From Bacteroidales bacterium (GTDB taxonomy: Bacteria > Bacteroidota > Bacteroidia > Bacteroidales > GCA-2748055): 64,000 nt of DNA. Positions 56,100 through 64,000 of this stretch are shown piece by piece. The notes below the pieces were generated by a model. That model had not been told where the DNA came from and made no database searches. It was given only the letters and a program-made list of their open reading frames with translations. The position numbers were made by a program, and so were the translations under genes. Each line of letters starts with the position of its first letter. The stretch's first letter is position 1. The stretch covers positions 19,421 to 83,420 of the forward strand of contig JBBDUV010000093.1 in NCBI GenBank assembly GCA_040903745.1, in the 5' to 3' direction.

Positions 56100-57926
56100 T
56101 TAATTTGAATAAATGATAATTGAGTTCTTAACTACTTTGATTGGCTCACCCGGATGAACCAATTCGGGAGAAGTTTCTCCCGGACCCATAAAACGCGTGT
56201 GAGTCGAATCGAGGATCTTATTTAATGTTCTTTCAAATTTTTCCGGGATCCGGGTTGATTGATCTTCTTCAGTGAAATTCATGAAGCATAAAACAGTATC
56301 TCCATCTTTCCATCTTCGGAGGGTAAACAATTCTCCTTCTTCGAAGATCTCCAGCTTATCTTTGTCTGCAATCTTTAAAACAGGATGACTTTTACGCAGT
56401 GAAATAAGCGCTTTATAATAGGATAGCATGCTTTTTTTATGGTCATCTTCAGTGATCCTCCATGACAGCTTTGATTGCATGAAGGTATCCGGAGAAGCGG
56501 GATCGGGAGCCTCCTTGTTGTCATCATGAAAATCTTTAAATTCCTCTGACCGGCCTTTTCTTACCAGTTTATTAAGGTGGGGATCAAGGTGACTGACAAA
56601 ATAAAAGAATGGACTTCTTTCCCCGTACTCTTCTCCCATAAAAAGCATGGGGATATTGGGTGTTACGAACATCGTTCCCGCAACCAACTTGGCTGTTTCA
56701 TATCCGGTTAAGCTAATAAGCCGTTCACCATATTTTCTGTTCCCTATCTGATCATGATTCTGATTAAAGATCACAAATTGCCTGGCAGCATTATCCTCCG
56801 TGGAATTACCATAGGTTTTTTTTCGAAATTCTGAATACTTTCCATCATAGACAAAGGCCTCTTTAATTGATTTCGAAAGATGCTTTGATTTTCCAAAATC
56901 CATGTAGTATCCTTTATTCTCTTTTGTTGCCAGGGTGTGTATCGCATGGTGAAAATCGTCTGACCACTGGGCGTCAAGACCGTAACCTCCCCCTTCAATT
57001 GGGTTTATATACCTTACGTCGTTTAGATTGGACTCTGCTATCAAATAGTGCTCTTTCTGCATATGTTTACTCAACTGTTGCAAATTCTCTGCCAGTTCCC
57101 GCATAATGTGGATGGCACTGAAATCATAAATAGCATGAACAGCATCGAGTCGCAGGCCATCTATATGAAAATCACGGCACCACATCAATGCATTTTGAAT
57201 TACAAAATTTCTGACACCGTCGCTGTAGGGTCCGTCGAAATTCAACGGTTTTCCCCAAGGTGTGGAATATTTTCCCGAAAAGTAAGGGCCAAACTGTGAA
57301 GTGTAGTTCCCTTCCGGGCCAAAATGGTTGTAGACCACATCGAGTATAACAGCGATTCCCTGGTTGTGACATTCATTAACAAGTTTCATCAGGGCTTTTG
57401 GACCACCATAAGAATCCTGAACTGCAAAAGGATAAACCCCGTCATAACCCCAGTTTCTTTCGCCGCTGAACTGGGAAACCGGAAGAATCTCAATGGTATT
57501 TATACCAAGTTCCTTCAGGTAGCTTAATTTTGAAATGATTCCCTCAAAAGTTCCTTCATCACTGAATGTTCCTGCATGAATTTCATACTGGATCATGTCA
57601 TCAAAGGCTATGTTTTTCCATTCCTGGTCGGTCCATTCAAACTCTTCAATATTAATAACTTCTGAATAACCGTGAACCCCTTCGGGTTGGGACAACGAGC
57701 CGGGATCAGGAAAACAGCCGTCATCATCAATTTTATACTTGTAGCGTCTTCCGGTATCAGTTATATCCAATGTAACATTCCAGTATCCAAATTCCTGCTT
57801 GTTTAAAGGTATTTCCAGTTTGCTATCCTTAAAAACCAGCTTAATATCTTTGGCTTTCGGTGACCACAAATTGAACTCGCAATTATTGTCATTCGTAAAA
57901 GATGGAAATATTCCTTTGTACGTCAT
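56100..57926 (-). CDS. treZ: Malto-oligosyltrehalose trehalohydrolase
   Basis: 608 aa. GH13 motifs DGLRLDAVHAI, LIAESNLND and NHDQIGNR, with an N-terminal E-set domain. Confidence 0.9.
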   Translation of the reverse strand: MTYKGIFPSFTNDNNCEFNLWSPKAKDIKLVFKDSKLEIPLNKQEFGYWNVTLDITDTGRRYKYKIDDDGCFPDPGSLSQPEGVHGYSEVINIEEFEWTDQEWKNIAFDDMIQYEIHAGTFSDEGTFEGIISKLSYLKELGINTIEILPVSQFSGERNWGYDGVYPFAVQDSYGGPKALMKLVNECHNQGIAVILDVVYNHFGPEGNYTSQFGPYFSGKYSTPWGKPLNFDGPYSDGVRNFVIQNALMWCRDFHIDGLRLDAVHAIYDFSAIHIMRELAENLQQLSKHMQKEHYLIAESNLNDVRYINPIEGGGYGLDAQWSDDFHHAIHTLATKENKGYYMDFGKSKHLSKSIKEAFVYDGKYSEFRKKTYGNSTEDNAARQFVIFNQNHDQIGNRKYGERLISLTGYETAKLVAGTMFVTPNIPMLFMGEEYGERSPFFYFVSHLDPHLNKLVRKGRSEEFKDFHDDNKEAPDPASPDTFMQSKLSWRITEDDHKKSMLSYYKALISLRKSHPVLKIADKDKLEIFEEGELFTLRRWKDGDTVLCFMNFTEEDQSTRIPEKFERTLNKILDSTHTRFMGPGETSPELVHPGEPIKVVKNSIIIYSN

Positions 57927-58177
57927 TATACAATATGAATTTAATGTATTGTGAAACTACAGAATAATAATACTGTAATTTTACCATAAATTGACGAAAA
58001 TATCATTTCTGAGCACGTCCCAATACAATGAGTATATTTACAGACTGTATTACAACTACCTTTTTAACAAATGAATTAACACTTTGTTTTGTTATTTTGG
58101 AGATGGTATTATTGCATGATGACTATTTACAGATAAGAAACAATACATCCTTGTTAACAATAAAATTACATTAAATA

Positions 58178-60322
58178 ATGAAAAATTATACTGGTAAAGT
58201 ATTACCCGGGAAACCTTACCCATTAGGAGCGAACTATGATGGAGAAGGTGTTAATTTTGCGCTTTACTCGGAAAATGCAACAGGTATTAAACTATGTCTG
58301 TTTAATAATTCTGACGATCACCAGAATTATGAAGAGTTGGATATTCATGAAGTAACTGATTATGTCTGGCATGCCTATCTGCCAGGAATCAGACCGGGTC
58401 AGTTATATGGATACCGGGTTTACGGAAGATACCAACCAAAAAAAGGGATTAGGTTTAATCCGCAGAAATTACTCATCGATCCATATGCCAAGGCCATCCA
58501 TGGAAGAATAGAAGTGAAGGACAGCATGTTCGATTACACTTTTGGTACCAATGTAAAAAAGAATGTTTTCGAGAAGAACATTGTCGACAGTGCCGGGGAG
58601 ATGAATAAGTCTGTCGTGATAGATACCAGTTTTGACTGGGAGGGGGTAAGAAAGCCAGAGACGCCGATGCATAATTCGATAATCTATGAATTGCATGTTA
58701 AGGGTTTCACCGCGACCCATCCTGATATTCCCGAAAATGAACGGGGTACGTATAAGGGGTTGGCAAACCCAAAGATCATTGAGTATTTTAAAAATCTGGG
58801 GGTTACAGCCATTGAACTCATGCCCATCCATCATTTTGTGCATAATAAGTTCCTGCTGGATAAGGGGCTTAGCAATTACTGGGGGTATAACTCCATTGGC
58901 TTTTTTGCTCCTCACGCTGAATACTGCTCATCGGGGATGTCGGGAGACCAGGTAACGGAGTTCAAAGAGATGGTGAAAGCCTATCATCGTGCAGGGATAG
59001 AAGTTATTCTTGATGTGGTTTATAATCATACCGGAGAAGGAAACCATTTAGGACCAAGCCTTGCATTTCGGGGTATTGACAACCTCAATTATTACAGGAT
59101 GAATCCAAAAAAACCTTTGTATTATACCGATTACACTGGCACCGGGAATACGTTGAATATGCTGAATAGCCGCACGCTACAACTGGTAATGGACAGTCTG
59201 CGATACTGGGCCACTGAGATGCAGGTAGATGGATTCAGATTTGACCTGGCCTCAACCCTCGCCCGTGGCCTGTACGATGTGGGTAAACTCTCCACCTTTC
59301 TTGATACCATCCACCAGGATCCAACCATATCACAATTGAAACTGATTGCCGAGCCATGGGATTTGGGTGAAGGTGGCTACCAGGTAGGAAATTTCCCTGT
59401 TTTATGGGCCGAATGGAATGGCAAGTATCGCGACTCCGTGCGCAAATTCTGGCGGGGAGATGAAAGCCAGGTCAGCGAACTTGCATACCGCCTGAGTGGC
59501 AGCAGTGATCTCTATCAGGATAACGGAAAATTACCCTCCTCAAGTATCAACTTTGTTACTGCCCATGATGGTTTTACGCTCCATGATCTTGTAAGTTATA
59601 ACGAGAAATACAACCTGGAAAACGGAGAAGACAACAAGGATGGGGAAAGTCATAATATCAGCTGGAACAGTGGTGTAGAGGGCCCCACAGATGATGAAGA
59701 GATCATTGCTCTACGGGAGAAAAGAAAAAGGAATTTTTTGGGTACACTATTGCTTAGCCAGGGGGTCCCGATGATCAGTCATGGGGATGAATATGGCCGA
59801 ACCCAGCGTGGAAACAACAATGCCTATTGTCAGGACAATGAATTAGCCTGGATGGACTGGAACTGGAACGAACATCAAAAAAGATTATATGATTTTACCA
59901 AAAGGGTGATCGCAATTAGAAATAGGTTTCCCGTAATACACCCCAGGCGCTATTTCAAGAACCGCCAGATCGTAGGTGAAGGCATCAAGGATATCCGTTG
60001 GCTCAACACCGATGGACTGGACATGAGCAAGGAGGAGTGGGAGACCAGTTTTATACGATGTATGGGCATGTTACTTAACGGCAAACTTATGGAGGGGGTA
60101 GATGAATACGGAAACTCCCTGCAAGGCGATATCCTTTTGGTTCTTGTCAACAGCTACTGGGAACCGGTTACATTTACCCTGCCCCATGAAGGGGTAAGTT
60201 CCAACTGGAAAGTCCTTATGTATACTGATAATCCAGAAGTGGAGGAGTCTGAGAAACACGTGCTAAGTGTTTTTAAAATTGCAGGAAGATCTATGGTATT
60301 ATTGAAAAATATGAATGAATAA
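58178..60322 (+). CDS. glgX: Glycogen debranching enzyme (GlgX/TreX type)
   Basis: 714 aa. YPLGANYDGEGVNFALYS N-terminus, with VDGFRFDLASTLAR, LIAEPWDLG and FVTAHDGFTLHDL. Confidence 0.93.
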   Translation: MKNYTGKVLPGKPYPLGANYDGEGVNFALYSENATGIKLCLFNNSDDHQNYEELDIHEVTDYVWHAYLPGIRPGQLYGYRVYGRYQPKKGIRFNPQKLLIDPYAKAIHGRIEVKDSMFDYTFGTNVKKNVFEKNIVDSAGEMNKSVVIDTSFDWEGVRKPETPMHNSIIYELHVKGFTATHPDIPENERGTYKGLANPKIIEYFKNLGVTAIELMPIHHFVHNKFLLDKGLSNYWGYNSIGFFAPHAEYCSSGMSGDQVTEFKEMVKAYHRAGIEVILDVVYNHTGEGNHLGPSLAFRGIDNLNYYRMNPKKPLYYTDYTGTGNTLNMLNSRTLQLVMDSLRYWATEMQVDGFRFDLASTLARGLYDVGKLSTFLDTIHQDPTISQLKLIAEPWDLGEGGYQVGNFPVLWAEWNGKYRDSVRKFWRGDESQVSELAYRLSGSSDLYQDNGKLPSSSINFVTAHDGFTLHDLVSYNEKYNLENGEDNKDGESHNISWNSGVEGPTDDEEIIALREKRKRNFLGTLLLSQGVPMISHGDEYGRTQRGNNNAYCQDNELAWMDWNWNEHQKRLYDFTKRVIAIRNRFPVIHPRRYFKNRQIVGEGIKDIRWLNTDGLDMSKEEWETSFIRCMGMLLNGKLMEGVDEYGNSLQGDILLVLVNSYWEPVTFTLPHEGVSSNWKVLMYTDNPEVEESEKHVLSVFKIAGRSMVLLKNMNE

Positions 60323-60442
60323 TTCTTTGGCCGTATCGCTGATCATCATGGGGTACTTGTGTTTCGTCCTGTCCGTTCCCGAGGTTGGCAGAGTTTTTCC
60401 TGACTGAAAACCCTTGCCCTTGCAGATCGTGATATTACCTTA

Positions 60443-61357
60443 TTGGAAAAATCTCTATCTTGCAGCTCCAAAAATTTTCGGTTTTACATGTCCAACATCT
60501 TTTCAGCATACTTTCTTCCTGTCACCCTGGCGATCATCACCCTGGGGATGGGACTGTCGATCACGCACCGGGATTTCAAGAATGTCTTCTTTCGTCCGCG
60601 TGCGGTAATTATCGGTATCTGCTGTCAGATCTTTCTGCTGCCGGTAATCGCCTTCAGCATTGCCCTGCTTACCAACCTCGATCCCCACCTGAAGGTCGGC
60701 CTGGTCATCATCGCAGCCTGTCCGGGCGGTGCCACCTCCAACCTGGTCACTTACCTCCTAAGTGGTAATGTTGCCTTGTCAATCTCCATGACGGCACTGA
60801 ACAGCATCATCACCCTGGTAAGTATTCCGGTGAACGTAAGTATTGCGCTAATGGTGTTTCTGCATACCGATACGACAGTGAGACTGGATGTGTGGGACAC
60901 AATTCTCAAGGTGTTTTTGCTGACAATCGTGCCGGCATACATAGGTGTTACCATCCGACACCGCAAAAGTAAGCTTGCCCGGCGACTGAACCGTCCGCTC
61001 AAGTTTATCCTCCCTCTGATCCTGCTGGTTGTCTATATCGGTGTTCTGTTTATCGATGAGGGTGACAAGACCACCAACAATGGGGATTTCTGGAACCTGA
61101 TGCCGGTTGCACTGTTGCTGAACGCTTTGTCAATGTTCATGGGCTGGCAGATCGCCTGGCTCACCCGCCTGAAAGCGCGCGACCGGTTTACCATTGCCAT
61201 CGAGGTGGGACTGCAAAACTCGGCCCTCGCCATCTTTGTTGCCAGCACTTTGCTGGGTAATCGCACCATGGCACTGGTAGCTGTGGTATACGGTTCATTT
61301 ACCTTCTTCTCCACTGCGCTGTTCGGCTGGTGGATCAAAAGGATTGCAAAGGATTAG
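60443..61357 (+). CDS. Bile acid:sodium symporter (BASS) family transporter
   Basis: Polytopic membrane protein with BASS-like blocks (ACPGGATSNLVTYL, EVGLQNSALA). The track start is TTG, and the ATG at 60488 is more likely. Confidence 0.85.
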   Translation: MEKSLSCSSKNFRFYMSNIFSAYFLPVTLAIITLGMGLSITHRDFKNVFFRPRAVIIGICCQIFLLPVIAFSIALLTNLDPHLKVGLVIIAACPGGATSNLVTYLLSGNVALSISMTALNSIITLVSIPVNVSIALMVFLHTDTTVRLDVWDTILKVFLLTIVPAYIGVTIRHRKSKLARRLNRPLKFILPLILLVVYIGVLFIDEGDKTTNNGDFWNLMPVALLLNALSMFMGWQIAWLTRLKARDRFTIAIEVGLQNSALAIFVASTLLGNRTMALVAVVYGSFTFFSTALFGWWIKRIAKD

Positions 61358-61500
61358 TTTCAGGAATGCAGAGTTACCAAATAGAAAAAATACACGTTCC
61401 GACCACCAACAGATATTCACAGACACTTACAGAAACACAACAATTACCGGAAAATAATTGCTGGCTAATGATATATATGCTGCGGAGTCTGGGTAATTCT

Positions 61501-64000
61501 TTAAATATCCTCTATGATAGGAGCGCCGGCCTGCCTGAGTTTTTCCTCCAGTTCCGGCAGCGTAATATTAACAAATTCCTTCAGCTCCTCTCTCACCGGC
61601 TGCAACTCCTCAACTCCGATATGCAAACTCTCCCTGTGCATGAGCGTCGGACCATAGGATGTTGAAAGGCCACGCATGGCCACAGAGAATCTCAGTCCGG
61701 GCGTATTCTCCTGCTTCTCTCCGACCTCTTCTTTTGTCTCCTTACCGTTCAACTGCTCATGAATATCCTGCAACTGCGATTCGGCCCTGTAGATCTCCTC
61801 CAGCAATCCGCCGGCATCCTGTTCCATCCTAAAACATGCGTTCTTCGCCACCTGCACCCTGTTCTGCGCCTCTTCCAGCGCCTTACGCACCGCTGCATAA
61901 TCGAGCATGGCACCTTCCAGCGCTTGTCTGAAAGCCTCCTTCTCTCTTTCCGGCACGGGCCTTAGGACACCCTCATAGAGTGACTTCACATTAAATGAAA
62001 CCGGCTCCGCCAGCTGCTTCACTGCCCCTTTCTGCACTGCATACAGGGTCGCAGAATAATTCCCGGGCAAAACCATAAAGCCCCTGGAATCGACCTCCAG
62101 CTCTTCTGACCCTTCATCCGGATCGAGTCCGCCCGGCGATGCAGACCGAAGGTCCCAGCTGACCCGCTGGATTCCCTTCTTTGCAGGTGCCATCACATGG
62201 TTCACCACCTTGTCGCCGGCATCCTTCACCGTAACAACCAGGAACGGATCATCCTCCTTCAGCTCTTTCTCCAAAGCGTCCCAACCGGGGAACGGGATGT
62301 CGCTTTCCGCTTTATTCAGCTCCTTCTCTTTCTCTTTCCGCTCCTCTTTAAGCGATTTCAACTCCTCCTTCAGGTAGTATGTAAACACCGCTCCAAAGGA
62401 TGGGTTTTCGGCCCGGTATTCAGAATTCCCCGGTGATACGGTCACCCTTTGGGGCTGGTAGAGCAGGGCATCCTTCACCGGAAAGAGCAATGCCTCATTT
62501 TCAAGCATCTCTTCGGTAAGTTCACGCAATGGCCTCATATCGTCGAGGATAAAAAATCCACGTCCGAAGGAGGCCGCCACCAGGTCATTCTCCCTTCTAT
62601 GTATCGTAATATCGCGGAAAGAGATGGTGGGGAGTCCGCCCTTCATCCTGATCCACTTCTCACCGCCATTGATGGTGAACCAGACGCCGAATTCAGTGGC
62701 CGCGAACAACAGCTCCTTTCTCACATGGTCCTGCACCAGTCGCCATACAAGGGTGCGGTCGTCGATCCCCCCGGTAATTACTTTCCAGCTTTTCCCGGCA
62801 TCTGTACTTTTGATAATATAGGGATTGAAATCCCCGTACTTGTGGTTGTCGAGCGCTGCATAGACCGTATTGGGATCGAAAAGATCCGCCCTGATATCGT
62901 TCACGAATGCCGTAGCAGGTATTCCCTTGATGGACCCCACATCGATCAGCTTCCACGACTCCCCGCCATCTTCGGTCACCTGAATGATCCCATCGTCGGT
63001 TGCTGCATAAAGGATCTGCTCATTAAGTGGCGATTCGGCCAGGGAGGTGATGGTATTGTAGTTCGACATAGCGTAGATATCCCACGGGTTGTCCCAGCTC
63101 TGTTTGCGTCCCATGATCGGCAGTTCAATGCGCTCCTCTCCTTTGGTCAGATCGCCCGACACAGTTTCCCAGCTATCACCCCTGCTATCGGATCGCCATA
63201 CCCGGTAGGAGGCGGTGTAGATTCTTGCAGGATCGTGTGCGCTAACGAGGATCGGGGCATCCCAGTTGAACCGTTCATGGGGCTCGTCTTTATCTGCCTG
63301 TGGTTGAATAAAGACAGCTTCGCCGGTGATCCGGTCGATACGGGAAACATATCCCTGCTGACTCTGGCCGTATACGATCCCCGGATTGCCCGGTTCGGTG
63401 GCGGGTTGGTGCCCATCGCCCCCCAGGATATGTTCCCAGTCGGCGTTTCTGATACCCTCGCGGTTAACAGTGCGCGACGGACCGGCATGCGTGCCGTTAT
63501 CCTGCGTTCCCCCGAATACATTATAAAACGGTTCGGTATCGTCTACCGCCACTTTGTAATATTGTGTCACCGGCAGGTTATCAATAAACCGCCATGTCTT
63601 TGTGAGGTCGAAGGTCTCATAGATCCCCCCGTCGGTCCCCACCAGCAGATAATCGGGATCATTGCTCTTAAAACATACTGCATGATTATCCACATGCTTG
63701 AGGGTCTCATTCATCTTTCTGAATGTTTTTCCATGGTCGTCCGATATCTGCATATAGACATCGACCAGGTAGAGGGTCCCTTCATGGTGTGGGGAGGCAT
63801 AGAGCTCCTGGTAGTAGTGCGGACCGGTGGCACTGGCAACCGCATCCGACTGCTTGCTCCAACTGCTGCCCCTGTCGCGCGAGATATACACACCCCCCGT
63901 GCGCCTGTCGAGCTCGATCGCGGCATAGACCACATCCGAATCGAACGGTGAAACGGCGATACCGATCTTGCCCATGTTCGACTTGGGCAGACCTTTGGTA
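61501..64000 (-). CDS. BNR/Asp-box repeat (sortilin/VPS10-like) beta-propeller protein, 5' end outside the window
   Basis: Multiple Asp-boxes (SRDRGSSW, SDDHGKTF, TEDGGESW, STDAGKSW, NGGEKW). The frame stays open upstream of Met at 63975 to the window edge. Confidence 0.75.
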   Translation of the reverse strand, partial: TKGLPKSNMGKIGIAVSPFDSDVVYAAIELDRRTGGVYISRDRGSSWSKQSDAVASATGPHYYQELYASPHHEGTLYLVDVYMQISDDHGKTFRKMNETLKHVDNHAVCFKSNDPDYLLVGTDGGIYETFDLTKTWRFIDNLPVTQYYKVAVDDTEPFYNVFGGTQDNGTHAGPSRTVNREGIRNADWEHILGGDGHQPATEPGNPGIVYGQSQQGYVSRIDRITGEAVFIQPQADKDEPHERFNWDAPILVSAHDPARIYTASYRVWRSDSRGDSWETVSGDLTKGEERIELPIMGRKQSWDNPWDIYAMSNYNTITSLAESPLNEQILYAATDDGIIQVTEDGGESWKLIDVGSIKGIPATAFVNDIRADLFDPNTVYAALDNHKYGDFNPYIIKSTDAGKSWKVITGGIDDRTLVWRLVQDHVRKELLFAATEFGVWFTINGGEKWIRMKGGLPTISFRDITIHRRENDLVAASFGRGFFILDDMRPLRELTEEMLENEALLFPVKDALLYQPQRVTVSPGNSEYRAENPSFGAVFTYYLKEELKSLKEERKEKEKELNKAESDIPFPGWDALEKELKEDDPFLVVTVKDAGDKVVNHVMAPAKKGIQRVSWDLRSASPGGLDPDEGSEELEVDSRGFMVLPGNYSATLYAVQKGAVKQLAEPVSFNVKSLYEGVLRPVPEREKEAFRQALEGAMLDYAAVRKALEEAQNRVQVAKNACFRMEQDAGGLLEEIYRAESQLQDIHEQLNGKETKEEVGEKQENTPGLRFSVAMRGLSTSYGPTLMHRESLHIGVEELQPVREELKEFVNITLPELEEKLRQAGAPIIEDI

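Noticed and set aside
22300-60320. Calling the AT-rich blocks genomic islands or mobile elements.
   Set aside because: There is no integrase, transposase, tRNA attachment site or flanking direct repeats at the borders. The content is core metabolism. I report it only as a compositional anomaly.
62449-63951. A 500-aa ORF on the plus strand.
   Set aside because: It is entirely antisense to the BNR/Asp-box gene, which has clear repeated Asp-box motifs. Its composition is Arg/Gly/Pro/His-rich and it has no recognisable domain. This is a typical shadow ORF in GC-rich coding DNA.

Overview
This is a Bacteroidota-like chromosomal segment. Supporting signs are DUF5683 next to parAB, DUF4492-cydAB, alternative complex III, TAnnTTTG -7 promoter motifs and no Shine-Dalgarno sequences. 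It is densely coding, and I saw no rRNA, tRNA, CRISPR array, integrase or transposase.

Gene content, left to right:
- 0.3-4.6 kb: an MBOAT O-acyltransferase, a gamma-carbonic-anhydrase-like protein, an SGNH hydrolase and a LysM relic.
- 4.6-7.1 kb: DUF5683-parB-parA.
- 7.2-13.5 kb: housekeeping genes, namely a lipid kinase, a SAM methyltransferase, glutaminyl cyclase, a HAD-like protein, cysK, cysE and pssA.
- 13.7-41.3 kb: a roughly 28 kb respiratory supercluster. It holds DUF4492-cydAB (cytochrome bd), sco-ctaD-ctaE-ctaF-ctaC-ctaB (A2-type caa3 oxidase plus heme O synthase), a fused ccsBA cytochrome c maturase, alternative complex III (actA-B-C-D-F-E) and a hemA-C-D-B-L-E operon.
- 41.7-44.3 kb: a short patch with decayed genes. 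It has DsrE-like and HMA lipoproteins, DUF433 with a 12-codon toxin stub, a cupin and a frameshifted DUF2264-like gene.
- 44.4-60.3 kb: a trehalose/alpha-glucan locus with the operon treZ-glgE-treS/pep2-glgB-treY/malQ and a divergent glgX.
- 60.4-64.0 kb: a BASS transporter and a 5'-truncated BNR/sortilin-like gene.

Observations most worth a second look:
- A seamless TreY-MalQ fusion of 1400 aa.
- A histone-like AKP-repeat tail on GlgB.
- A six-heme ActA with an extra N-terminal monoheme module.
- Strong base-composition mosaicism: sampled lines are about 35% GC in ccsBA-act-hem and about 55-65% in the flanks.
- Unannotated small ORFs.

I found no convincing multi-gene system of entirely unknown function.
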